DNA from: Selaginella moellendorffii
Taxonomy: Eukaryota; Plantae; Lycopodiophyta
Length of the DNA: 64,000 nt
Assembly: GCF_000143415.4 (NCBI RefSeq)
Contig: NW_003314448.1
Coordinates: 1-64,000 of the forward strand
Direction: 5' to 3'
In this document: positions 33,373 to 47,311 of the stretch, one piece after another
Layout of the letters: each line of letters starts with the position of its first letter
How positions within the stretch are numbered: position 1 is the stretch's first letter
The notes under the pieces: model-generated
What the model saw: the letters and a program-made list of their open reading frames with translations, nothing else
Databases searched by the model: none
What the model was told of the DNA's origin: nothing
Program-made: the position numbers and the translations under genes

Positions 33373-35977
33373 TACCCATCCTCTAAGGAGGGTAGTCTCT
33401 CCAACTTAGAGACTAATTGAACCACAGGTAGTGGTTCTCTCCTTTTATTGATTTAGTTCTCGCTAAACCTCTTAGAGACCCTTCTCTAAGTCAATACCAC
33501 TACTCCTTCTCGAGTAGTCTCAATTTCCATTGATTGAACGTTTGCACCTTGGAACTTTTACTCTTTGACTTCTGGAAGTCAATTCCCTAGGTGTCTCCAA
33601 CACCTTGCATTGCACATATTGTGCAACTCCACTCCCTCTTCCTAGGAAGTTCTCTACTTGAGGGCACCATCATCCTCTCTTTTATTTCGTGCCACCTTGG
33701 GCACTAAGTTCCAGTTATCATACTTTGTGCTAGGGCTGTCCATGGCCCTATCATTTGGCTACCTTACCGCTACCTCCCTCGGAACTTCCCCTTTCGCCAA
33801 ATCGGAGCAATTCCGAATCCATTCTTGGAAACTCGTTTCCTTTCCCGCAATTTGTTAGCATCCAACACATTAGTGTTCCTCGCCTAACTTTGCCACTTGG
33901 ATTCCTTCCAAGGGATTCCACGGCCCTATCTTGGCCACTCATCTTTTACTCCTATCCGTTGATTGTTGCACCAAGCAACACCGAATCTCTACCTCCCTCC
34001 TTGAGGTATTCTTTTGATTCCATAGCAAAGGCTCGGCTTTGCCAAAACTAGGGTGTTCACCCCTAGTAAGTCTCTTTAGCATTTTCTGTTGTGGGCTCTA
34101 TCCATGGCCCAACTTTGTGACCCTCTCATGGGTCTCTTATAGAGACTACTTTCTTGGACACACTATGCCATCGCAATGACATAGCTCATTTCCCTAAGGT
34201 GCTTTTCCCCACTTGGTCACCTTGACCAAGCCACACCATCCTCAATAGTTCAAATCAACACTTTAAACTAAGGACCTTATTCCTTACCCCAAACAAGGAC
34301 CTTGTCCTTATTTAGCCACAAGATCACCTAGTGATCTCACCTCGGCACCTTAACAGGTTTGCTAATAGGTACTAGGTCTTCCAGACCTTTAACTTGTTAA
34401 CTACGACCCCAGGGGCATCCCCCACACTTGGCGGTGCGCCCAAGCCAGCCCTTCTGGCCAAGGGTTCATAGCAACTGAGACTGAGTGTCCCCATCTCATT
34501 CACCACATCCTTGGTGCCACTTGCACCAAAGTGTTCAAGTTAGATATGCTGAGCCACACTAAGCAATCTAACCGTGCATCACGACTCCGAGGCATCCCTC
34601 GCTTGGCGGTGTGCCCAAACCAGTCTCCACATTGAGAGTCCATGACCACCGAAAAATGAGTGTCCTCATATTCCAAACCATCACCACGCCCTAGTGAGTT
34701 GGGACTCGAACCCAAGCACTAGAGGGTCGGGACTCGAACCCAACCTCCATATATGGGCGGCATCACCCAGGATGCCTAGCGTGACTCCCCACGCCGGTGC
34801 ACCAACTTTTACTCAAAGCGCGCTATAGATCACAGCTTAGGAACCTAGTTCCTCCACACTGTCAAGTCCTCTCACTTGACAAGTCTGTGATCATGCATGG
34901 ACTCCTCCACGCTTGGCCCCATGGCCCACCCTTTTTGAAGTTGTCACCTTCAACTAGGGTATTTATTCCCCTGACTTGCCAATCTCGCTTGGCAAGTCCT
35001 CTAACCACTGTAACATGGTTCTTGCACAAGCATGAAAGTCCTTGACCATCGACTTTCGTTCAAAGCCCTCTCTTTGAACACTCGGGAACTACTTCCCTAA
35101 CCTTGATAGCCTTGCCTCATGGCAAGCTTCAAGACCACGCTTCTGCTGCGCCACTCTGATTTCGCGCATTCTATGAACCATTTACGCTTGGCCTTTCTAG
35201 GTACTAAGCTACCTAAAATCATCTTTGGGAACCTTGAAGGAACTCTGTCCCTTAGCTTGCTAAGGCCTCCCTTTTTACAAACTTTCCAATTGCCACATAG
35301 TCTAACATGGACAATTCCATATTTTAGACTCTCCACGGCATCACGGTTGCTAGCAGCAACAACCCTCAAGCCCCCACTTGATTCTCCCCTCCCAGCTGGC
35401 ATAACCAACCTTGGTTATGCCCTTCGATTCTTATGGTTCGGTTCTATCCCCTTACTTCTTGCTTTTGGCTTCGCACCTTTCCTTTGGTCCTCTAGACCAG
35501 GAGGATAGCTTTGCACTTTCTATCATGCCTTAGCAAGTATTCCTAGGGATGAACCTACCCAATAGCCCAGGGAGTGGTTCCTCAATCCGGGTATGCTCAC
35601 CTTATAATCCCACACACTGGGATTATATTGTTGTTTATGGGTCTTTACATACCCGTCACTAGCCTTGCCAAAATTCCATTTTTGGCTTTGTCCAACTTGG
35701 GTAGACAGTCTTCTCCTGTCTCTGCAACCTTGGACATTTGGATAGCACCTTCTATCCATCATTCGCTAGGGACTTAATCCCTTGGGCCTTATCCATTGCC
35801 TTCGCAACATCAAACACCACCTTCTTGTGTTCTAGAGTGTTCGGGTGTCCCAATGATGGCTTTCTTGACAATGAGTATTTCCTTTTATGACATTGACTTA
35901 CTATATCGCAACACAAGCAACTTATCCCCCGTAAGGGTATATCCAACTTCCCTATGCTATTAAGAAGTCTTGGGTAG

Positions 35978-36572
35978 TGTAAGCTCCTGAGTTTTGGACT
36001 TCCCGGGAGGTCACCCAGCCCAGTACTATTCAAACCCAAGGACGCTTAACCCCAAATATCCCAAGACCCTTAACCGATTGGAAAAGGGGGTGCACTCTTA
36101 TTCATGGGCCCTTTCCCTCTATATTTGAACCCCATGGATCGTCTCTCAAGTCGTTCCCTTTGGTTGCTTACAATCCACCACGCTTCCCTGCAAGTTCACG
36201 CCCTCGTGAACGGAAGCTGAGAGCCGCAGCTCTCCCGAGAGCCCCGCTCTCTTGACACCCTACCCCTCGGGTCGAGCCCAGCGGGAGCAAACTGGACCAG
36301 CCAGATGTCAATCAACATGTGGTGCGATTCCCCTAGCCAACCAACAGAGTCGGACCCGAGACCGCTCCGATACCAAATGTAAACTCCTGAGTTTTGGACT
36401 TCCCGGGAGGTCACCCAGCCCAGTACTATTCAAACCCAAGGACGCTTAACCCCAAATATCCCAAGACCCTTAACCGATTGGAAAAGGGGGTGCACTCTTA
36501 TTCATGGGCCCTTTCCCTCTATATTTGAACCCCATGGATCGTCTCTCAAGTCGTTCCCTTTGGTTGCTTACA
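35978..36572 (-). mobile_element. Cassandra-type TRIM with 5S rRNA-derived LTRs
   Basis: 195-bp LTRs at 35978-36172 and 36378-36572, TSD GGTAG, PBS 36364-36375. The minus strand reads GTTAAGCGTCCTTGGG...TAGTACTGGGCTGGGTGACCTCCCGGGAAGTCC (5S A/C-box region). Confidence 0.93.
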
Positions 36573-39500
36573 GGTAGCTACCTTCTACCCGTTTAACTAG
36601 TTATTCTGCACCTCTTGCTTAGTTGCCTCATAGTTGTCAAGTCCTACAACTCATTGCTTGGTGCTTCCACACCTCCATCATTATCTGGGTCACCACACTC
36701 CAATTGCATGCTCTATAGCTTAGGCTATGCCATTCCCATTTCCATTGGGATTCCTTTGGCAAAGGGTTCTCATGAACCCACGAACATAGCCTCAAGGTAT
36801 CACACCTTGGCACATTTGGTGTCTCCACACCATCGGCTCCACGAGCCTACCTCTATGACACTTCCCCTTTGTGTCTAAGTCTTTGCCAAGACTAACACCG
36901 CTCTTTCTCATGCCAACCATCCGTTAGCATTGCACCATAGAGGTCACACACAACTTTGTGTCAAAGTTGTTTTCTTCTGGGAACACCTTTCCCATAACTT
37001 TAACATGGCACATTTTGCCATCGATGAGATACCCTCTGTTCTCATCCTTGGATCCTATGATCCCCCCCATCCTTCGTGGGGTACAACACACCTCAGTCCA
37101 AATGCTTCCATCAGTCCTTTTAGGACCATTCCTTGACTCTACTTGAGTCATCCAGCAGTTTTGGACTTGGTTAATCCACAGACCCGTAAGGTCCCACTTG
37201 TGAGGCACTAGCTCACTGGATTACACTTCCTGCATTCCTGTCCTACTCAGAAGGACTATTTTCACAAGTGTTACTAAACCCTGTAAGCGACTAATTTTTC
37301 CATTTTACTTTAGTCACTTAACCACACCTCCGACCACTTGGAGGAGTCTCATTCACCACCTCCATAAGTCCAATTCAGGACTTGGGACTTGCTAGCCCCG
37401 AGAATGGCATCTATGCAACTCAACATTTGCACTTGGTCCAAGTGCTCCATGTGTTTGATCCCATGACCGACACTCAAAGGTACCACCGACATGGCAGCCT
37501 GTTATGCTAACGCCATGCCCAATCACCTTTGCCACACTGGTAGTCCAATACCACTTGCATCACAATCTTGGCTCCCCAAGACTAGGCAATCCATCCGTGA
37601 GTGGTCATCTCAGATCCACTCCTTAGCATCCTTAGGATGCCCACCGACAAGGGGAATAGCCTTCCCCAATATCCCTCTGTCAGTCTCCCCTAAGTCCCTT
37701 TCTGCCTCTGACCGTGTTTGCCAACACTGCCACTGGATCGAGGCCCACAGCCCCGACCACTAAGTCCCACGGTCCTCTGGGACTTCCTCACCACACAACT
37801 GTGTCCTTGGTCACTACCCCAGAGGACTGCTCCTCTTCCTTTCCACAGTCTGGGCCTTTGGGACAACATTTCGGAACACCGTGGCCTTACGCGAGCCACC
37901 TGGGTACTCTCCCCGCCTTCCGCCCTTGGGTGCTCTAGCCATGGGCTTAGAGCGAGGTTCCGTTGAGCCACGCCTGGTATCCAAGTAGGTAGTGCCACCC
38001 ACACTTGGACTGGGAGCATCGGCCAGTCGATCTCCCGGGGGAACTAGAACCGGCTCTTGAACACTTCACCAAGCTACCCCGCTTGTCGGTCCGTGTTCAC
38101 TCTAGTCTTGGATTTCCTAGTGGTCAGCTCATCACCCAACACTGGGTCTGGCCTTCCTGGGAGGATTTGAGATGACCACTCACGGATGGATTGCCTAGTC
38201 TTGGGGAGCCAAAACTGTGATGCAAGTGGTATTCGACTACCAGTGTGGCAAAGGTGATTGGGCATGGCGTTAGCATAACAGGCTGCCATGTCGGTGGTAC
38301 CTTTGAGTGTCGGTCATGAGATCGGACACGTGGAGCACTTGGACTAAGTGCAAATGTTGAGTGGCATAGATGCCATTCTCGGGGCTAGCAAGTCCCAAGT
38401 CCTTAATTGGACTTATGGAGGTGGTGAATGAGACTCCTCCAAGTGGTCGGAGGTGTGGTTAAGTGACTAAAATAAAATGGAAAAATTAGTCGCTTACAAT
38501 TTGGTATCGGAGCTGTTCCTTAATCCGACTTTTATTGGTGCTCAAGTATATCACCATTGATATTGGCATCGGAAGGTCCTAGGAGTGGGCCTATCCTTGA
38601 GGAGTAGCACGTCGAGAGGACATGGCTCTCCACTCGAGTTCATACATGAACTTGGGCGCGATGTGGTGGATAGAAAAAGGGGCCAGTAAGGGAACAACTT
38701 TGGGATTTTGGGAACAGTATATGGTTTTCCTCAGAGAGTTGAGGATGTGACCCAGATGAGCGTTTGACTTAGCAAACTGGCTAATGTAGTTGTGGTAAAC
38801 AACTACAGTTGGGATCACGGGAAAGAGAAAGACTCCAAAGCAATAAAGGAGTCACAAAATTATCCTCATATAGTTGAGGTTGGTGCTCATAAATGTGAGA
38901 CCAGAAGTAATGACCATGGGAGGTCAAATACGGAAGAGGACTCAAGTCCTTGAAATGGTAACCAGGGCTACCTTTAATAAATGCTGGAACAACCCAAGGG
39001 CAGAAGGCGGGGAGATTACCCAAGTGGCTCGCGTAAGGCCACGGTGTTCCAAAATGTTGTCCCAAAGGCCCAGACTGTGGAAAGGAAGAGGAGCAGTCCT
39101 CTGGGGTAGTGACCAAGGACACAGTCGTGTGGTGAGGAAGTCCCAGAGGACCGTGGGACTTAGTGGTCGGGCCTGTGAACCTCGATCCAGTGGCAGTGTT
39201 GGCAAACACGGTCAGAGGCAGAAAGGGACTTAGGGGAGACTGACAGAGGGATATTGGGGAAGGCTATTCCCCTTGTCGGTGGGCATCCTAAAGATGCTAA
39301 GGAGTGGATCTGAGATGACCACTCACGGATGGATTGCCTAGTCTTGGGGAGCCAAGATTGTGATGCAAGTGGTATTCGACTACCAGTGTGGCAAAGGTGA
39401 TTGGGCATGGCCTTAGCATAATAGGCTGCCATGTCGGTGGTACCTTTGAGTGTCGGTCATGGGATCGGACACATGGAGCACTTGGACCAAGTGCAAATAT

Positions 39501-39641
39501 TGAGTGGCATAGATGCCATTCTCGGGGCTAACAAGTCCCAAGTCCTGAATTAGACTTATGAAGGTGGTGAATGAGACTCCTCCAAGTGGTCGGAGGTGTG
39601 GTTAAGTGACTAAAGTAAAATGGAAAAATTAGTCGCTTACA

Positions 39642-40432
39642 GGTATCACAATGAATCCTGCCAAAGTCAGGACTATTCTCGAATGGGAGCCTTCACAATC
39701 AATGTCAGACATTCAGGTTTGCCTTAGCTTCACCAATTTCTACCGCAAATTCATTATCGACACTATCCTCAAGGCAACAGTCAAGTAGAAGCAACGAACA
39801 AAACATTGAAGACCATCCTCAAAAAGTCATCAACGATTCTGGCAAAGACTAGGACAACAAACTTCTCAATGTACTTTGGGCCTATCGAACTGCATATAAA
39901 GTCACCACCGACATGACACTATTGAAACTCACCTTCGGAACAGAAGCCATCACACCAATCGAATTCATCGTCCCGAGCTTGTGAGTCACCGTCAAGTATA
40001 ATCTCAACACACGACATGCTATTCAAGAAAGGCTTTAGCAACTCGAACGTCTCGAAGAACTTCGACTCAACACCCTCTGGACACTTCACGCTATCCAGAA
40101 ACAGAGAAAAGCTCGGCACAACCGACAAGCATCCTGGCACAACATTCCAGACATACAGCGTCGACGATCATGTTCTCTGGTACCAGGGACCCATCGGCAA
40201 ACTTGGTCAAAAACTCCACACTAACTGGCAAGGACCTTTCAAAATCATTGCACTCTACCCCAACGGCACTGCCAAAGTCGGCACACTCACCAAAGACTTC
40301 ACTGAGATCGTCAACCTCAACAAGCTTCGACCATATCACATCAACATGTTCAGCATCAGCACCTCAGCACATTTCCAACCCAAACCAACAAACACCCCAA
40401 AACCAACAATCACCCTGGCAGGCAAACTTTAA
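39642..40432 (+). pseudogene. Gypsy RT-end and integrase fragments
   Basis: FTNFYRKFI, then HYPQGNSQVEATNKTLKTILKK, WAYRT and WQGPFKI. Confidence 0.8.
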
Positions 40433-41399
40433 CTCAACTCAGTTTGACATAACTCAACTTGACTCAACACGAACTCATCCACCAACTTCAGCAACAAACA
40501 GCAGCAAAAATCTCAAAGTCCCAAGCTACCGTTGGATCAATGCCACCTCAGCAGATATCAACAGTTGAACTTGAGTTAGCTTCATCAGCAATATCCACCA
40601 TTGATCTTCAATCAAGCCAAGTCAAACCAGATCAATTCGGTCAACAAATCTCTACCTAGCAATCAAGCGCCACATGATCAGCCAACCAACAGTTACGGGT
40701 CTCAAGAACCCTAATGGGGCTAGCACTTCGATCACAGAAAATGAAGAGAAAGATGCCAGCTCATCCACCCTAGTGCCTCAGATACGTCATACACCATATT
40801 CCTAGGCTTCCCAGCAACAACACAACCACCTGGCTCAAGGACCATGGATTCAAGCTCCTCCACAAGGCCTTTTCAACACACCCTGACCAAAAACTGGTGA
40901 GGAAGCTGGCTGCCTCCTTCAACCCCAAGAACAGCACCATAACCGACGGTGCCAACAAGATCACCTCAGCCCAGCAAGAATCTCTTCCGTTTTCAAAAAT
41001 TCCAAGAAGCATCACCTCTATCGACTTGAGCAGCAGCAACAACAAGTGATGGAAACTGACTATGTTCGCACCAAGGACAGTGTCTAGTTCTGTCAAGGGA
41101 GCAGAGTGTATCAACCAAAAACCCAGGCTCAGGGGACTCGATTTTGAACCCAGGCTGCATCGGAGCCATAGATTGAATCATGCACAGCATATACCATTCA
41201 GTAGCATATGCTGGCAATTAGAACAGCCAACCTTTTAAAGGGGGGAATCCAAATTGTGGATCCCCATCTTCATTTATCATTTTCTTATTAATACACAACA
41301 TTCTTTCACTCATCTTTCTTCTCAGCCCTTGGAGATCGGGCCCTTTTCTCTTTTGTTTTCTCACTAGCAATAGATTTGCAGCTAAGAGGAGTATCCACA

Positions 41400-41990
41400 C
41401 CTCTTCAGTAACTTCATCAACATCTCCATGGTGAGTGTAAGCATTGATCAAAGTATTGCACGAAACCACGCTCTTGAACGGCATGCCGTGAAATGCAGCT
41501 CTCGCCTCCTCCAAGCTCACCACACCTCCTGTACATGTTCATGATCGAGTTACTGATCTGTTCTGAAACAATCCCGCTTAATACCACCCACTGTTCTCTG
41601 TTTCAAGTCTGGAGCATTGATGTTTCGAAAACACTGATGAACGTGATATCGCTTGCTCGCAGTCCATCTTCTGGAACAGCACCACGCCTTCCTTCTGATG
41701 TCCCTGCTGACAACATGCTAGGTGTTCTTGATGCTCATCTCCCCGAAAACAGATCTCACATCCTCAAAACTCCCGCAGTTCACGTACATGCAGATCAAAG
41801 CCGTGATGTGAGATTCCCGAACTTCAAAAATCGAGCGTGGAGCTGCTTCCAGCAAGTTCTTCTCGGTCCAGTTCAATGCAAGCTTCCAGTGCACGAACGT
41901 GCTGATCCTCTCATCAAGTTCTTTTCAATCAAGCTTCAAGTGCATGAACGAAAGTCATGCATACAACTTCCAGAGCTGAATCACTCTCTC
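41400..41990 (-). pseudogene. PPR protein pseudogene fragment
   Basis: MYRRCG / SLEEARAAFHGMPFKSVVSCNTLINAYTHHG PPR-like motifs, with frameshifts. Confidence 0.7.
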
Positions 41991-42508
41991 CATTGTTGAC
42001 ATATCCTAGCAGCAAAACATTCAAGGCTAGCAAGCTCCGTGAAATCATCCCGTCAAAAAACACATCAAACTCTTCACGTTTCACTCGCTTACTTCTCAAA
42101 CCTTGGTTGGTGTAGTCTTCCTGATAAGATTGTCGACAACGTCAGATTTGATGGCGGAGATGAAATCGCATAGGTTGGACAAAAATATCTCCTCGACCTC
42201 TTCTTTACCTAGATAGCCTACCAGTCTTTTCTGACTTTTCACCCACTTAGAATACTCATGCATCTATTATGGCATGCCTCCTGTAGCTTCTGGTAAGAAA
42301 CCGTCTTCACTTCCTCTGACGTCCTTGAGTACATGCACTTGGGATTTGTTATCCCCTTTACCTGATCCTATTCTATCTGATTCCTCAACGTCAACTGCAA
42401 GAACACAGAAATCAGCACCTTATTCCTCTTCATAAAGCACATCACGTCTAGACTCAATAGGCTTGTATACATGAAAAATATAAGTTACTTATCTGAATGT
42501 CGTTGGAA

Positions 42509-43059
42509 ATATTCAAATAATGAAGTTTATAAGTTTTCCCTCCACATAATTATGACATTCCCCACAATACTTGGCTTATAATTTGTCCCAATATGTTAAA
42601 CTGTATGTTTTAAAAACAACATCAATTTTTTAACGACTTCTCCTTATCAAATATGCATGATAAATGAAAAATATTACGTTTCTATAAATGTTTCCACAAC
42701 GAAACGAATTATTCTTCAACCTCTCCATCAAACTGAAAAAGATGCCCCTTCACATGTTTCGATTCAAGATTTGATTCAGATGTGAAGGGACATTTTTTAA
42801 TTTGATGGAGATATATAATAAATGTCCATCTAACTGTGGAAACATTTATAAGAGATCAATAGTTCTTCATTTATCATGCATCTTCGATGAGGAAAAGTCA
42901 CAAAAAAATTAATACTGTTTCCAAAACATGCAGTTTAATGAATTAGAAACGACGTTGGAAGAAATTAGGGTTCTTGGGCGCGATGGAACTAAAAACCAAA
43001 TATTTTGGGAATGTCATGTTTGTGTGAAAGAAAGCCTGCAAACTTACTTATCTGAATAT
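42509..43059. mobile_element. ~550-bp AT-rich imperfect palindrome (foldback or MITE-like)
   Basis: Arms match as reverse complements (ATATTCAAATAA...ATGACATTCCC vs GGGAATGTCAT...TTATCTGAATAT; CCCTTCACAT vs ATGTGAAGGG at the centre). Confidence 0.7.
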
Positions 43060-44007
43060 ACGAAGTATTAGATGGAATGGGATCAAGCAAGGGGACAACG
43101 AATCCTAAGTGCATGTACTCAATGACATCAGAGAAAGTGACAATGACTTCTTACCCAGAGTACTGTGAAACTGCCCTTCCCAATCTGAAAGAATTGAGCT
43201 ACCAGCGTATATAGGGACATCCTGTAGTCACTGGAATCCCAGGTCGTGAGTTGAGCATAGAAGTCGTCCACAATGGATTCGCTCCAGCTTCCATTTTTCA
43301 TCAACAGCTCCAAACAAGTCACCAACCAATGCTTTCTACCCTTAAACTTTTCAAACAGTCTGCTGCAGTTGGCTGTTGTAAGGCCAAGCATCTTCAAATA
43401 CTTTTCACAGAAGTTGTAGATCTCCCATTTGTCGAAGATTGTTACGAATCCAGGGGGCCCGTTCGCAGTTTTGGCCACACTGGACATGATATAACTATCC
43501 AGTTCCATCTGCAGGACGCTGATGCTCGTCCCTGCAACGCAGACCGCTGTACCGAGCCTCCCGTCAAGCAGCACCTCCATAATCATAGACTTTACGAGTT
43601 TTACCACAGCCATTGACCCCCATAAGCAGAATGCATCCAGATACACCCGATTGTTTCACCCTCTCCACGAGTTTCCAAGCATCAGAAGTCTGATGAGATA
43701 ATAGGAGGAAATCATACCTGAGGAAGAGGGTCTTTGAATCATGACATAATACACTGAGTCATTTGTGAGAGGTTCTTGGGTGAAAGGAACCCAGAAGAAC
43801 TCTGGAGCGGCAGACCCAAATCGCAGCTCCCGCAAGCTAGAGAACTGGGATCCTTGTTGCGCAAGACCTAGAGACAGAAGATGCTGCTGCAATGAGACAT
43901 AGTCATGAATCATCCGAAAGAACACCAACTCGTCCTTGAGCTATCCTCGCCCGCCTTGACCTCCACCTCTCATTCTGAAAGGTTGTTCAGACTATGAACT
44001 AAGTTCA

Positions 44008-44041
44008 CTCACACGCTTGAGGTCCCCGGTTCGAACCCGGG
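44008..44041 (+). other. 3' half of a tRNA-Val(CAC)-like sequence
   Basis: CTCACACGCTTGAGGTCCCCGGTTCGAACCCGGG gives an anticodon loop and T-arm. No recognisable D-arm or 5' half. Confidence 0.6.
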
Positions 44042-44086
44042 GCTTAATCAGACTAGGTGAAATTCACAGAAAAACAGGAGAACATT

Positions 44087-44836
44087 TCAGGCTGTTCTTC
44101 TACCACTCAAAGTCCATGGCGGCTTCCAATTCCAAGTGACACCGGAAGGTCTGACGTTCCTGAAAGTCCTCATTACCAGCCACGTGCCAAGGAACTGCTG
44201 CTGCTTTTTTGCTGACCTGTGCTTGATCCTCTTCCATCGAGACGCGAGTGAAACCAAGAGATCCAACCAAAAGCTGACAGCGGCTCTGATGTCGTTCGGC
44301 TGAGTCCTGCAGTGATATAAGACGTCAATTCTTTCTCTGTAGATCATCCATAGAGTCAAGATCCGAATGACGTCCCAGAGTTCTGTGTTCAGGTTGGTGT
44401 TTGCAGCCACAAGCGGAAGATGTTGTTGCTGCCAAGTTCGATGACGAAGACGGATGACAAAAGCATCTGCGGGCGGAAAGCTATGCTTGGTGCCGTACTT
44501 GATCACTTCCCACGTAATATCAGTTGCACCCGGAACTACCAGAGGCTCAATCTCAAGAATGGGTGTACCGTTGTCGTGTACCCGCAGGAAGTCTCCACCG
44601 TTCATGCGATCCAAGAGTCCCAGGCTGGCCAAACTCCATAGATCAAGCCAGGCATCTGTTCTCCCAGAGCTTTGCCGTTGTGAACAAACAAACGATTGAA
44701 GAAGATCGGCTGGCGTGCAGGTCAATCTGGGGTTGTAACCTAACAAAGTCCTAATCAGACTAGGTTTGATGTGATGGTGAGGAAATCCTTTTTGTTGGTG
44801 TAGAGGCAAAATATTTGATGTAGCTTTTAGAGGCAA
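44087..44836 (-). pseudogene. L1-like LINE ORF2 C-terminal remnant
   Basis: LWMIYRERI and WNWKPPW. Similar to ORF 168-488. Confidence 0.55.
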
Positions 44837-45748
44837 TTTTGTAGATGCATATTATTTGTGGCAAGCTTGAGGCGAATTTGTAGCAAATTCATGAATTTTA
44901 GCCTTACAATTTGCATTGCAGCATCTGCTGGGGGATTATCCGAAACAGCAACCGAAGCAGCTCTTCTGAGCCATTCGCGTACCCCTGCAAGCAGGAAGAA
45001 CATTCCAGCCTCTTCCTCTGTCTTGGTCAAGTCAATTTCTTCGTCATCGGTGGCAGAAACAGTAGCAAATGCGCTTCAAGCTGAGGTTTCTTAGCCTCAG
45101 GCCCGGCTGTATCTCTGGATCAGCAATCTCCGCGACCGGCTGGATCTCAGTATCAGCCATCTCCAAAGCAGCAGAATCAGCAGAGAAAGCAAAAGAAGCA
45201 GAATCAAAATTCAAAAATTGATTATAATGGGCATAATCGGCTTAACTCCCTTAACCTGACCTGTGTTCTTTCATTTGAGTGACCAGTCTGCGTTTAGTTT
45301 AAATGTTCGGTTTATGATTTTTGATTTGACACGTGTCATTCATCCAATTGCCAAAGTATGTGAGCGAGTGAAACGTGTAGAGCTTTGGAATGATGAAGAA
45401 GAAACGAGTATGCTGCCCTGGCTGTATAATGGTTTTTAAACGGAATAATGTTCGCTTCAGCCTGACTCTAATTCTTAATCCTTAACTGAATCTCGCTATG
45501 AATATCCTTTGCTCAGCGGGAGTTTCTTCACAACCTAACGGGCTGGCTAATCTGCCTCTGGAGATGGAAAGCAACAGCCTTCTTGGATCTCAGCTTCTGG
45601 AGCAAGTCCTGGATATTCTGGTATATTTTTAGAATGTTACACTTTGATGTATATCGTAAGATCGATCTATGATCTTGCAGTTCAAAGGTGAATATTAAGG
45701 TACATACTAGAGGACATACTCTTTTAACAGCTTCTTGTTACATAGCTC

Positions 45749-46090
45749 TCAAGCCTTCAACAAACAACTCCAGGTTTGCAGAAGACGAACCCCCTTGCAC
45801 AACGGCCCTCTTGGCATCCCTGCCAAGCTCACCCAAATTTCGTCATATCTCCTTCCCTTCCCATTAATCAGAACTCTGCCAGCCTCCTCGATCACTGCCT
45901 TGTCAATAACTCCGTCTTGTCTCCTTCGCAGGCTCAATGCGAGCTTCTTCTCCACCAGAAACGCACAGTTCAGATTCTGCTCGGATAAACACGGCCAGCC
46001 AATCATTGCCACGCCCGTGCAAACACTCTCCAGTGTCGAGTTCCACCCACAGTGAGTGATGAATCGACCCACAGCAGGATGCCTCAAAAC
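45749..46090 (-). pseudogene. UDP-glycosyltransferase fragment (PSPG box)
   Basis: HPAVGRFITHCGWNSTLESVCTGVAMIGWPCLSEQ. Truncated by retroelement sequence. Confidence 0.88.
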
Positions 46091-47080
46091 ATGATCAAAT
46101 TCATGATCACTAACAGCATTTACTCGAGGCTCATGAATGTCACAAACTCGCTTCTGATCGACATCGCCTCACGGCTTCTGAGTTCAAGGTTGGTGATCAA
46201 ATTTGGTTATTTCAGCATAACATTCAGACTACTTGTCTATTTGGTAAATTTGACTATCAATGCCTCAGTCCCTTTTGCATCTCTGATTGCATTCATGAGG
46301 TTGCATATCAGTTGTATCTTCCTTTGACCATCTGTTTTCATCCTGTCTTCCACGTTTCTTTGCTTGAACCATACATTGTTAACGACATCCCAGGTTGAGT
46401 CATCCCACTAGCTCCCCAAGTCCAGATCGATGGTCACTCTGAGTACGAAGTTGTTGGGATCCTAGATTCCAAGATCCTTCACCATCGACTGTACTACTTC
46501 GTTGACTGGGTTGGCTAATCCTCAAGTGATTGGACATGGGAACCCTCAGGAAATTTAATAAATGTTTCAAGTAAACTATCTGACTTCCACATGTGGTACC
46601 CACTCAAACCAGGACCAATGATTTGTGGAATTCGTCATGGAAAAGGGGAATAATGTCACGGAACCAGTATATATGGACACATTCTGTCTAACACTCCGGT
46701 ACATTCTTTAAAAAAATTTCTCCGTAAGATTCCTTGAATATTCCATCATACTCGGAAGCTTTTCAAGCAAGGCTCCAAAAGCTTCCTCAGTTTCTTCATA
46801 CAGAAGACTTCCCAAAATAGCAAATGTAAGTTTAAGTCCAATGTAACCGCCACATTCTCAATTTAGCAAGTTCGTCTTCAGCAAGTTCCGAAACCTTCCA
46901 GTGCACCTTCCGTGAAGCTTCCTAGCACGCTGAGGGAGACTATATAAGGAGAGCCCCAGCGAGAGTTTTAATATTCCTGTTCAACACCAATTTCAGGCTT
47001 CCGTCTCCAGTCTTCAGCATAGGGTCTTCCTTCTTGTGCTGGCTCTTGTTCTTGTACTTCTTGTTGCTCGTAATCCTATT
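46091..47080 (+). mobile_element. Gypsy chromovirus 3' end remnant plus LTR
   Basis: HPVFHVSLLEPY, a decayed chromodomain (EYEVVGILDS, VDWVG), PPT GGAAAAGGGG, then TGTCAC at ~46654. Confidence 0.7.
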
Positions 47081-47311
47081 CTCGTTCCTGTGGCGACCGC
47101 TGCAACACACTTTTCTCACTCCATAAGTGCAATCTGGAATGATTGTGCTGTGCTGGCATCGGCATTCTCATGGGGAACTCCCGTAGGTGGTTCTCCCATG
47201 GTGATGCGGCTCATATAATCGGCTTGCTTGTTGTCAGCGTATGATCTGAAAGTCAAGTTCTTGCAACAACAAGGAACCATCACGTCAGTCTTCCTGTGTG
47301 CCTCGTTTTCT

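Larger units (their letters stand above)
31049..39641. mobile_element. Rearranged LTR retrotransposon complex: full LTR 31285-33138, partial LTRs 37282-38161, 38162-38498 (inverted) and ~38991-39641 (inverted)
   Basis: TGTAAGCGAC...CA ends, PPT after 33138, PBS at ~38502-38513, decayed gag. The LTR is related to that at 12439. Confidence 0.85.

Noticed and set aside
35994-36052. 5S rRNA gene
   Set aside because: Only the internal portion is present, embedded in TRIM LTRs.
43128-43928. Possible Crinkler-like or ATPase gene remnant
   Set aside because: Protein-like but fragmented, with no diagnostic motif I can support.
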